A stretch of DNA of 21,079 bases from Terrimicrobiaceae bacterium (GCA_041752695.1 JBGSVZ010000014.1:1-21079), one strand, 5' to 3'; shown: positions 8,240 through 16,592, numbered from the stretch's first letter. Notes: generated from the sequence alone by a model not told the origin. Numbers and translations: made by a program.

Positions 8240-9232
8240 CTATCGACGACGTCTGCGCGCCATGAGGGCAACCCCGGCCGCGCCGAGAAGAACCAGCGCG
8301 GACGGCTCGGGGATTGCGACTTCGCCGAGCGTGGTCGCGTAACGCAGTTCATCGAAACTGTAGATTTGCACCCGTCCGGCGGTTGGATCATTGGCGGTCG
8401 AGAGATTGAATTGAGCGAACTGAGTGTTGTTCAGGACAAAAGTCCCGGTCGTTGCGGTGTCAGTGACGTTTAGGGTCGCAAATGTTGACAGATCCGACTC
8501 CAAGGCACCTGCTGAAACCCAGTTGTCATAGGTGGTGGACGTGAAGACCCACAAGTTTGCCACCCCGGGGGAACCAACGGTCAAAGCCGACCCGACATTT
8601 GTGTATCGGGTGATTCCCAGATAAGTCACGCCGGTTGCCAAGGTGGTCGCCGTGGTTGTGGTGGTTGTGTCGTAGCCCACAGCCGGTGCGCCCACCCCGC
8701 CGCTTCCGTCTGCCTGGGCCTGAAAGTTTCCCCCCGCCGCGGTGATGGAGGAATTGATGCGGGTCTGGGCGAGGGCGCCGGCGAGCGGACTCTCGGTGGT
8801 TGGCCGGAACAGAAAGCTGCTGTAGACGGTGCCCGTTGACGCTCCAGCGTTCCATGCTACTCCGGCAACGCTGGTGCTGCTTCCTGAAGCGATTGAGGTT
8901 CCACTTTGAACCAAAGCGCCCCCTGCGGTCGCAAAAAAGTTGCTGCTGAAAGTTAATCCCGTGGTGGAATAGGTGGAGGATCCTCCATTTGTATTTGCCA
9001 CGGCGTAGTTGCCGGTAAGACCGGTGCCGGTGGTGGCAGTCCCCGCGATGGTCGCTCCGTTCGAAACGGTGCCCGTGTAGGCAAATCCCTCATAGACGAG
9101 GAGCGTGGCATGCGAGGTGCTGCTGAGGCTCATAAGGGCAATAACTGCGAGAACCCATGCGGATCGGAGAGGGCGGCCCGCCTCTCCTTCGGGGTACAAG
9201 AATGTGGCATTTGTCTTTTCTGAGGTGTTCAT
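8240..9232 (-). CDS. PEP-CTERM sorting domain protein, Thr/Ser/Gly-rich, secreted
   Basis: C-terminus IPEPS-ALVLLGAAGVALMA-RRRRR is a canonical PEP-CTERM signal (motif, TM helix, basic tail). Signal peptide ends ...SSTSHA. Start uncertain: ATG 9232 chosen, the frame is open to 9259. Confidence 0.92.
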   Translation of the reverse strand: MNTSEKTNATFLYPEGEAGRPLRSAWVLAVIALMSLSSTSHATLLVYEGFAYTGTVSNGATIAGTATTGTGLTGNYAVANTNGGSSTYSTTGLTFSSNFFATAGGALVQSGTSIASGSSTSVAGVAWNAGASTGTVYSSFLFRPTTESPLAGALAQTRINSSITAAGGNFQAQADGSGGVGAPAVGYDTTTTTTATTLATGVTYLGITRYTNVGSALTVGSPGVANLWVFTSTTYDNWVSAGALESDLSTFATLNVTDTATTGTFVLNNTQFAQFNLSTANDPTAGRVQIYSFDELRYATTLGEVAIPEPSALVLLGAAGVALMARRRRR

Positions 9233-9311
9233 GGGATTCAGGTTGTTGCGTTTTACCACTCATCCTTCGCCGCGGCAGGCGGCTCAAGCGTAAGGTTAGT
9301 CTTATCAATGA

Positions 9312-10337
9312 CTAGACCAGGGCTTTGACGGGCCGCGGATCGAACCAGTCGGTCTGCACAAGCGTGGTGCGGGCAACAGTTACCGGGCCCCGCTCATTGC
9401 GCTGAAGCTGGCCTATCAGAAAGGCAGCGCAGATGTGTCCGGCCAGACGGCGGGGCAATATGACTCCCTCATAGTTTTCCCCGGCGTTATCGCTCCCCCC
9501 ATTCAGAGTGATCAGCGGGGCCGGATAGGTCTCCGACAAAGCGCGAATCTGATCGAGCGTGGACCCCACGGCGACGATCACCTGGGGTTTGTGCCTTCGA
9601 ACCCAAGCTCGAAAACGAACTACATCCCAAGCGGAGAGGAGAAGCGGATCAACCCGATCCCCGGCGGGAGCGATCCGCTGTTCGGCCAAAAGCGCCGCCA
9701 GCCAAAGGTGCTCGGAGACGCGGTCCATTGCTCGGTCCAGAACCAACCCGATCCGGCTGCGTCCCGCGGCGCGACAGCGGCGCACGATCTCCAGCATCGA
9801 ATGATAAAAATCCGGCACCACGCGATGAATTCCCGGCTCGGGCAAGGAGTATCCATACGCGATCGCGGCGAAGCGATTCCAATCCAGACCCAGGCCCACC
9901 TTGCGCTGGCCGAGCGGGGCAATGACAAGTCCGTGGATGTTCCGGGTGGAAGTAATCTGATGAAATCGTGTCGGGGTGAGTTGCGGGTCGCCCAGCCAAA
10001 AATGATCGACGGCAAAACCCAGTTCAGCGGCTTTCTCGACAAAACCGGCGTAGAAATCCTGGTAGGACCAGATGCTGGAAGCTTTGCCGGTTTCGGCAGG
10101 ATCCGAGGTGACATACCCCAGGGTGGCTTGGAATTTTGCGGAACTCCTATGGCGACTGCTCATGAGGGCCGCGACATAAGGATTAACCCGATAGCCCATC
10201 CTCCGGGCGACGTTTGTAATGCGTTTGCGAGTAACTTCCGGAATGCGCGGATGGTTCCGCAACGCCAGGGAGACGGTGGTTTGATGCACCCGGGCGGCGC
10301 GGGCCACGTCCTGCATGGTGACTTTCCCTTGGATCAT
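9312..10337 (-). CDS. LacI family transcriptional regulator
   Basis: N-terminal HTH VTMQDVARAARVHQTTVSLALRNHPRIPEVTRKRI...MGYRVNP, followed by a periplasmic-binding-protein-like effector domain. The style is typical of verrucomicrobial (Opitutaceae) LacI paralogues. Confidence 0.93.
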   Translation of the reverse strand: MIQGKVTMQDVARAARVHQTTVSLALRNHPRIPEVTRKRITNVARRMGYRVNPYVAALMSSRHRSSAKFQATLGYVTSDPAETGKASSIWSYQDFYAGFVEKAAELGFAVDHFWLGDPQLTPTRFHQITSTRNIHGLVIAPLGQRKVGLGLDWNRFAAIAYGYSLPEPGIHRVVPDFYHSMLEIVRRCRAAGRSRIGLVLDRAMDRVSEHLWLAALLAEQRIAPAGDRVDPLLLSAWDVVRFRAWVRRHKPQVIVAVGSTLDQIRALSETYPAPLITLNGGSDNAGENYEGVILPRRLAGHICAAFLIGQLQRNERGPVTVARTTLVQTDWFDPRPVKALV

Positions 10338-10342
10338 ACAAG

Positions 10343-10371
10343 AGTGTACGAGCGGGAATCTTGAGTGAAAA
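10343..10371 (-). promoter_or_regulatory. Putative sigma70 promoter of the LacI gene (TTTTCA-N17-TACACT), possibly giving leaderless mRNA
   Basis: On the minus strand: TTTTCA at 10371-10366, a 17-nt spacer, TACACT at 10348-10343, then only 5 nt before the ATG at 10337, leaving no room for a Shine-Dalgarno sequence. Confidence 0.4.
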
Positions 10372-10418
10372 GGGCGATTTTAATGCCTTTGATCAGCCCC
10401 ACGAATAATCAGTCGATC

Positions 10419-12389
10419 TTAAAGACTCAATCGACGGACGTGACGCGGTTGGGGCAAATCCGTGACGGGCTGTTCTCCCGAGGCGATGGGATAGACAATA
10501 TCGTGCGAGGCCTGAGCGGCTTGGGCGATGACGGTTTGTTCCTGATGACAAACATCGAGAAACCCGCAGTTGTAGGGCTCGCCGTCGAAACGGCCGAGGG
10601 CGCTTTGGTCATAGAGGGTGAACCAGTGGACACCGACGCACCACGGTTCGGCGGCATGCGCTTCGAGATAATGACGGTAGGCGAGCCCGCGGTCGATTTG
10701 TGTGGCCACCGACTCCAAACCGGCGGCGGGGAAGCCGGTGTCGCTCGCGCCAAAGTGCCATTCGCCGATGAGCACCGGACGGTTCAAGACCGCTGCGATG
10801 TCGCCTCCAGCTGGGCGCGGTTTTTTGCTGTAGGAGTTGAAGCTGAAGACATCGAAGGAGCCGAGGGAGGGGAGCATCCAAGCCGGCGGGACGTGCGCGA
10901 AGCGGCCTCCGAGATTGAGGTGATGCGGGTCGACCGTGCGACACGCGGCGGCAAGCGAGTCGAAAAGATGCGAGACCATGACCGCGGAATAGACTTGGGT
11001 GTCCTCCAGAAATGCTGTCGTCTCCGGCAGGCGCTCCCAACGTCCGGCAGCCACGCGGGCAAAGGTGAGGTCGGGCCCCCCCCAAGCCGCGGCGAGTGCA
11101 TTTTCGTTGGCGTATCTAAAACGCAGCCATTCGGCGAAGGAGGCGCGGGATGCGGCGGAGTCGGTGTGAACTAACATGCCCGCTGCCGGAGTTTGCCGGG
11201 CGATGCTCCAGGTGGGTTCGTTGCAGATGAAGTAGCCGATGAAGGCGGGATCGTCGCGGGTCTCGCAGAGTTGCTCGGCCCACTCCGCGCAGGCCGTCAG
11301 GAAATCCGGATGAAACACATCGGGAAAATCACGGGAGATTTTCGGCACGGGCAGGCTTTCGATGTCGCGCAAGGGACGGGTATAGGGCAGTCCGGCTTCG
11401 CGGCCCAGTTCCCATTCCGACCAGTTTCCGATGGTGTTAAAACGTCGCTTGCGGAGAAAGCGTGCCGTGAGTTTCCGCCATTCGCGCCGCCACGATTCTG
11501 GGCCGAACGCCCGGATGAAATTGGCGGCGAGGAAATTGATTCCGCTCCCGGAGTTGGGGCCTTCCAGGCGAAGTCGACGGGCGTCGGCCCACTGCGCGGA
11601 TTCATTTGGCTTCCAAGGCAGGAGATGGTCCAGTCCTCCGATGGCCGCTTCGACGAGAGGCGAGACACAACACAGCCCTGTGGACCAAAAAGCGCCTCCC
11701 TCGGGATCGACCAGCCACCAGCGCTTTCCATCGTGTTGTGTGCGAAAGAAACCCGTCGCCGCAAATCGGATGCGGGCTGATCCGCCCCATCGCGTCCAAT
11801 CGGCAGGGAAGCAAATCTCCGGTTCGGCGGCTTCGCAACGCAGTCGCTGAGTCATCTCCGCTTCCGTCGCCGTTTTGTCCGGCCATGTGTGGTTCGCACT
11901 CTGACCGAGCGCATCGAGGAGGTAGCGGTGTTTCGATTCGGCCTCAACCAATTCCTCCGGAGCATGCGCCGTGACCGTCCAGGGAGTCTGCCACCAATCT
12001 GCCCCTTCCTCCGGTCCGGCGATGAGAATGATGCGCACCGTTTCGACTTCCTCCGGGCGCACGATATCGCCGCCGCACATCGGTTTGAGCAAGGCCCCTT
12101 CGCGCGGGAGCAGCCACTCATTCATCGCCAGGGCGGTGCCGGGAATGCGCAGCCGGGCGCGCACCTGTGGGTAAAGGCCGAAGATGATTTCTCCAGTTCG
12201 TTTCTCGTCCGCAGGCAGGAATTGGAGTTTGATCTGTAGGATGACGGGATGAGGATTGTAAAAATCCGCCGTCAGCCACGATTCATCGCGGAAGGTTCCG
12301 TGGGGAGGAGCAAAGACGGGGGGGACAGCCCTGACTGTCGTTTTGTACCACGCGTCGGTGGAGCTGTCGAACGGAAGGGTAGAACTCAT
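10419..12389 (-). CDS. GH50-like (beta-agarase family) glycoside hydrolase
   Basis: Motifs ATGFFRT...WWLVDPEG, FNTIGNWS, FPDVFHPDF, FIGYFICNEP (acid/base Glu), PVLIGEWHFG (nucleophile Glu), RGLAY and CVGVHWF..YDQ..GRFDGEPYNCGF. Start is 12389 (MSSTLPF) or 12434 (ATGA overlap with the upstream stop, preceded by GGAGG). The track's start at 12542 overlaps the upstream gene and is unlikely. Confidence 0.87.
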   Translation of the reverse strand: MSSTLPFDSSTDAWYKTTVRAVPPVFAPPHGTFRDESWLTADFYNPHPVILQIKLQFLPADEKRTGEIIFGLYPQVRARLRIPGTALAMNEWLLPREGALLKPMCGGDIVRPEEVETVRIILIAGPEEGADWWQTPWTVTAHAPEELVEAESKHRYLLDALGQSANHTWPDKTATEAEMTQRLRCEAAEPEICFPADWTRWGGSARIRFAATGFFRTQHDGKRWWLVDPEGGAFWSTGLCCVSPLVEAAIGGLDHLLPWKPNESAQWADARRLRLEGPNSGSGINFLAANFIRAFGPESWRREWRKLTARFLRKRRFNTIGNWSEWELGREAGLPYTRPLRDIESLPVPKISRDFPDVFHPDFLTACAEWAEQLCETRDDPAFIGYFICNEPTWSIARQTPAAGMLVHTDSAASRASFAEWLRFRYANENALAAAWGGPDLTFARVAAGRWERLPETTAFLEDTQVYSAVMVSHLFDSLAAACRTVDPHHLNLGGRFAHVPPAWMLPSLGSFDVFSFNSYSKKPRPAGGDIAAVLNRPVLIGEWHFGASDTGFPAAGLESVATQIDRGLAYRHYLEAHAAEPWCVGVHWFTLYDQSALGRFDGEPYNCGFLDVCHQEQTVIAQAAQASHDIVYPIASGEQPVTDLPQPRHVRRLSL

Positions 12390-12430
12390 CGTGCCGTCAC
12401 TGGGCGGGTGTCTTCTTCCGACCGCTCCGA

Positions 12431-15400
12431 TCATGGTTCCTCCATGAGCAATCGGTAGAAACGTTTCGTGCCGGATTGGATGTGATCGATGAAGAGGATT
12501 TCTTCCCCGACGCTTCCCGGATTGGTCACGATGTTGGTCCAATCCACGAGGTTTTCGCTCTCTTGCAAAATGTAATTCAGGGTGGCTCGGGCCCGGACGA
12601 ACGTGAGGGCGATCTGCTCGGGATCAGAGGGGGCCAATTCGAGCCGCGGTGCGATGCTCGCATTGTTCGGATTACCGCCAAGAGCGAACTCGAAGAAATT
12701 CAGGGTGCCGTCCCCGTCGACGTCCTCGTCGGGTCCATACAGCCCTTCGAGAATCTGGTTGCTGGTGAAATTTGATGGCACCCACTGTTGGTAGGCACTC
12801 GGGTCGGTATCCAGTCCCCAACCGGTGCGGTCTTCCACCGCCTCGGCGAGGCTGTAGCGGCGTTCGTCCCCATAGATCATGGCGGCGTGTCCTGCGGTGG
12901 GCGGGTGGCCGGTGGCCGAGTCGCTCCACGTATTGGGTTGGTAGGCGAAACTGATGAGCGGGTCGGTGGGGCGCAGCGGATCGACGGCGTTTTGGATCTG
13001 TCCGAAGGGTGCGCTGATGAGGGTGTTGATGGCTAGAAAGGGCGCATTCGGGTAGGCCGTGCGGGTGTAACCGCGGAATTCGGCGTAGCGGGCGCTGAAA
13101 GTGGCGTTGGCGGGGGCGGACGGGGCCTGGAATTGATCGTTATGGCCAATGGCGCAAATGACGATATCGGCCGTCCATCGACTGAAATCCCACGGCAGCG
13201 CGTTGCTGGAGGAGGCATTGAAGACGTTGGGGAAACTCAGGTTGTCGTAGTAGTTCACCAGGATGTCCTGGTTCGAGAAACTGCCAGCCACGCCGGTTCC
13301 GCCTTTGGAGATGATGTGGACATCGGCGTCGAGTTCCCGTCCGAGCAGCGCGGCGTAGGCCATGTAGCCAGGCGATGCGGTGCCGCCGCTGGTGACGGAG
13401 TCGCCGTAGAACTCGATGCGGCGAGGAGGGAGCGGTTCCGGGACGAGCAGGCCGCGTCCCGCGTCCACGCGGAAGCCGTCGATGCGCAGGCTGATGTCGG
13501 TCTCGTTGTTCTTAAAAAGGCGCGCCGTGTGGACGCCATCGGGAAGGCCGGAGACCAAGGTCTTCACGTAGTTGAAGGAGTTGATCGGCACGGAGATCGG
13601 GTTGGCAAAGTTTTCGTCGATGACGACAAAGAGGTTGGTGGATTCGGCGGCGCCGAAGCCGTTGTCGGTGATGCTGCCGCGCAGCGCGAGGGAGGTCCCG
13701 GCGAAGCGCACGCGGACCTCACTACCCCACCAGTGGAGCCATTGCTGTTTGGGGTTGGTGTTTTCGATGCGGCCCATGAATTGGATGCGGGCGTGATCGG
13801 CGTCGAAGTCGGTGCCGTTGGCGGCGGTGGGTGCCGCGACGGTCTCGTCAATCAGCACTCCAGGGAGTTTCAGGGTGGCGAGGGCGGACCCGCCGAAGGT
13901 GGGCAGAAGTTCGACCCGCCAGGAGTAGGTTCCATTGGGCAGCCCACTGGGGATGGCGACATTGAGCGGTGTGGCGCGGAACCGTCCGGCGGGAACCGCA
14001 GTTTGGGCGGAGGCTACAACGGCTCCGGAAGCATTCAAAAGGGCAACCTTCAGAGTGCGGGGGGCGACGCTGATATGGTGAATTTTGACCGTGGCGGTTT
14101 TACCCGGTTCCACCAGACGAGGCAGGCGGCGGTAGGCGAGGCGATCGACGGACTCTGCCACGACCTTGAGGCGGATGTTGTCCATCTCAACATGGCGGTC
14201 CTGGGTGTAGTCTGCGGTGCTGCTGGAGAAGCGGCCGGAGGGGTTGTTGAAAAAGAGTCCGACATAGGCGGTGCCGGGAGGGGCGACCGCCCTTAGGGTG
14301 AAGGTTTCCCAGGTATTGATGCCGGTGGTTTGGATGCGGTAGGCGCTGTCCGTGTTCCAGACTTGCTTGATGCGCACCCCGGCGGCATCGAAGAACTCGA
14401 TGATCGGCGTGCAGCCCAGTTTCTCAGAGGGAAAATTGCGGATGAGCGAGCGCTGGTCGTAGGTGAGCTCGTAGGTGGTGCCGGGGGTGGCGGGTGGGCG
14501 CGAGAGGGCGGCGGTGGTAAGGGTGCCGCCCCAACTTTGGCGGAGGTATTTGACCCCGTTGGTGGTGGTGCCAGCCGCAACCGAGCCGGTGTTGATCGCA
14601 TGGCTGGAGAATAGGGCGTTGGTGCCGTTCCAGCCGGTGAAGCTGTAGGAGCCGGAGAAGTTGTTGAGCGAGCCGGACTCGAAGCTCGGATTGACGGTGA
14701 TGAGATTGCCATCGGCTCCCGGTGCGGGCGGGAGCACGGGAGCGACAGGGGCCACGGGCGTGCCACCGGCAACGAGCAGATTTTTGATTTCCAAGGCACC
14801 AAGACTGGTGCTCGGATCATCGAAGCGGAGCAGCACCAATGTGGAGGCCCAGTCGATGTCACCTGCGACGAAACTGCTGGTGACCGGGGACTGGGAACCG
14901 ACCACCACCGTGAGCGTGGGAGTGGTGCCGCTGACCGAAAGAATCACAGTGACGGGCACCAGGTTTCCATCACCGGGATCGGAACCGGCGTCAAAAGTGG
15001 TGTCCGTGCCGACCTGAGTGCCCGGAGCGCTGGAAACGGCGGTGATGGTGCCGTCCTTGTAGAAGCGGAGAATGTCATTGCCCGTGTTGAGAATTAGGGT
15101 GGCGCTGACACGGTTGGAGGCGTTACGCGGATCAGCGAAAGAAACGGTGAACGTTGATCCGGGTGTCGCGGCACGGGCCAGGAAAGAGACGCGCACCTGT
15201 TTGTCGGTAGGGAAAGTGGTCTGCGTTGCATGGCTGGCATCACCGGGAGTTGTGTCGTAGATCAGCACGGCGTCGGTGTTTCCGCCGGAGGAGCGGGCAT
15301 CGACCTGGAAGGCCTCATTGACCACGCCAAGCGTGCCGCCGCCGATGTTCGAGATGACGCGGAAGTTGGAGTCGAAATCAGAGGCGGTGGAGAAGCTGAG

Positions 15401-16501
15401 CGATTGGCTGTACTCGAAAATCGGAGCGGCGGTGACCGTGACCTGAAAGGTGTTGGTGGCGGTGAGTGCGGGGTTGCCGCTGTCCGTCACCAAGGTGGTG
15501 AAGGTGTAGGGAGAAGCGGAAACCTGTCCGATGGTGGGTGTCCAGGTGATCACGCCGTTCGAACTGATGCTGGCACCGGATGGGGCGGCGGTCAGTTGAT
15601 AGGTCAGGGTCTGCGCCGGAGTGTTCGTGTCGGAGCCCGTGTTGGTGACGACCAGGGTGTCGAGGGCGGCGACGGAACGATCGGCTTGGGTGGGCAAGGT
15701 CGGGGCGACATTGGTCTCAGGTGGGGCCGGTGGGTTGTCCGGAGCGGAGGGTGAGGTGATGACGAGGTTGTCGATATCCACCGGGGTGTTGGCCGTTGTA
15801 TTACCGGCGTCGTTGGGACGGATGGCGATGGTGGTCTTGGCGGAGGCAAAGTCGAAATCGCCCGCGGCAAAGGTGGACACGACCGGGGTGCCACCTTGGG
15901 GTGTGAAAGTGATCGTGGGCGTGGTGCCGGAGACGGAGAGCGCAACAGTGAGGGAGGTGAAGGTGCCGGTGTTCGGCTCGGCCGTGGTGGTCTGGGTATT
16001 GGTTGTGCCGACCTGGGTGCCGACGTTTCCGCTGACGAGCGTGCCATCTTTGAAAAAGCGCACGTCATCGCCCCCGGTTTTCAGGTTAAAGACCGCGATG
16101 AGGTTGTTGGCGTTGTTGGCGGGATCGAGAAAAAGTACGGAAAAGGAGGAGTTCGTCGTGACCGCACGGACGTCGAGAGAGACCGTGATGGTTCCTGTGG
16201 TGGCGAAAGAGGACTGGGTGCCGGCGGTCGTGTCCGAGGGCGTTTGATCGAAGAGGTAGACGGCCGAGGCCGTGCCGGCGGTGATTTCATGGCGGAAAAA
16301 ACTGTTGCTGCCGGAGGTGGTCACCGCAGAGGTGCCGGTGCCGTAGCCCTGGATCAAGCGGAAGTTTTCGGTAAACTGTCCGGCGGTTTCGAAATCATAG
16401 GTCAGGGTGTTTTGGGCCATGACTCCAGCGGCTCCCAATATCGACAAGATTGCGAGGAGGAGAGAACGCAAGGGGAAGGGAGTTTTCGGGGGACAATGCA
16501 T
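12431..16501 (-). CDS. Large secreted multidomain carbohydrate esterase, CE2-like SGNH/GDSL, with duplicated beta domain, cadherin/Ig-like and CBM-like modules
   Basis: Order of modules: signal peptide (LRSLLLAILSILGAAGVMA-Q); two homologous ~215-aa beta domains separated by a cadherin/He_PIG-like module (LTYQL..APSGASI...GVITWTP); a CBM4/9-like module (NPSFESG...DNIRL); CE2_N (RIQFMGR, WGSEVRVRFAGT, GLPDGVHTARL); an SGNH domain (RRIEFYGDSVTSG, SKGGTG, IGHND, GHP); and a C-terminal DxDGDG...KRFYRL domain. ATG 16501 chosen over TTG 16510. Confidence 0.87.
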   Translation of the reverse strand: MHCPPKTPFPLRSLLLAILSILGAAGVMAQNTLTYDFETAGQFTENFRLIQGYGTGTSAVTTSGSNSFFRHEITAGTASAVYLFDQTPSDTTAGTQSSFATTGTITVSLDVRAVTTNSSFSVLFLDPANNANNLIAVFNLKTGGDDVRFFKDGTLVSGNVGTQVGTTNTQTTTAEPNTGTFTSLTVALSVSGTTPTITFTPQGGTPVVSTFAAGDFDFASAKTTIAIRPNDAGNTTANTPVDIDNLVITSPSAPDNPPAPPETNVAPTLPTQADRSVAALDTLVVTNTGSDTNTPAQTLTYQLTAAPSGASISSNGVITWTPTIGQVSASPYTFTTLVTDSGNPALTATNTFQVTVTAAPIFEYSQSLSFSTASDFDSNFRVISNIGGGTLGVVNEAFQVDARSSGGNTDAVLIYDTTPGDASHATQTTFPTDKQVRVSFLARAATPGSTFTVSFADPRNASNRVSATLILNTGNDILRFYKDGTITAVSSAPGTQVGTDTTFDAGSDPGDGNLVPVTVILSVSGTTPTLTVVVGSQSPVTSSFVAGDIDWASTLVLLRFDDPSTSLGALEIKNLLVAGGTPVAPVAPVLPPAPGADGNLITVNPSFESGSLNNFSGSYSFTGWNGTNALFSSHAINTGSVAAGTTTNGVKYLRQSWGGTLTTAALSRPPATPGTTYELTYDQRSLIRNFPSEKLGCTPIIEFFDAAGVRIKQVWNTDSAYRIQTTGINTWETFTLRAVAPPGTAYVGLFFNNPSGRFSSSTADYTQDRHVEMDNIRLKVVAESVDRLAYRRLPRLVEPGKTATVKIHHISVAPRTLKVALLNASGAVVASAQTAVPAGRFRATPLNVAIPSGLPNGTYSWRVELLPTFGGSALATLKLPGVLIDETVAAPTAANGTDFDADHARIQFMGRIENTNPKQQWLHWWGSEVRVRFAGTSLALRGSITDNGFGAAESTNLFVVIDENFANPISVPINSFNYVKTLVSGLPDGVHTARLFKNNETDISLRIDGFRVDAGRGLLVPEPLPPRRIEFYGDSVTSGGTASPGYMAYAALLGRELDADVHIISKGGTGVAGSFSNQDILVNYYDNLSFPNVFNASSSNALPWDFSRWTADIVICAIGHNDQFQAPSAPANATFSARYAEFRGYTRTAYPNAPFLAINTLISAPFGQIQNAVDPLRPTDPLISFAYQPNTWSDSATGHPPTAGHAAMIYGDERRYSLAEAVEDRTGWGLDTDPSAYQQWVPSNFTSNQILEGLYGPDEDVDGDGTLNFFEFALGGNPNNASIAPRLELAPSDPEQIALTFVRARATLNYILQESENLVDWTNIVTNPGSVGEEILFIDHIQSGTKRFYRLLMEEP
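14765..16411 (-). repeat. Internal protein-level duplication: copy 1 at ~15755-16411, copy 2 at ~14765-15410
   Basis: Collinear matched blocks: FTENFRLI/FDSNFRVI, FDQTPSD/YDTTPGD, FLDPANNAN/FADPRNASN, VRFFKDGT/LRFYKDGT, GTQVGT/GTQVGT, LSVSGTTPT/LSVSGTTPT, FAAGDFDFAS/FVAGDIDWAS and IDNLVI/IKNLLV. Confidence 0.9.
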
Positions 16502-16568
16502 GAGCAACAAAAGGGGAAAGCAGGTTTTTGAACGAAAGAAATCCTGTCTTGAGGGAACTGTGCCCGCA

Positions 16569-16592
16569 TTGCCGCTTCAGGTAAAACGGCAA
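16569..16592. promoter_or_regulatory. Inverted repeat TTGCCG-N12-CGGCAA upstream of the large esterase gene
   Basis: Perfect 6-bp arms, extendable with one mismatch, about 70 nt upstream of the start. Could be an operator or an RNA hairpin; function unknown. Confidence 0.3.

Noticed and set aside
8640..8672. Thr run (TTTTTTATT) in the PEP-CTERM gene as a contingency repeat
   Set aside because: The codons are mixed (ACA/ACC/ACG), so this is protein-level low complexity rather than a slippage tract.
12435..12542. N-terminal extension of the GH50-like ORF in the track
   Set aside because: It overlaps the conserved-looking C-terminal domain of the upstream gene and reads as non-protein-like. 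Starts at 12434 or 12389 are more plausible.
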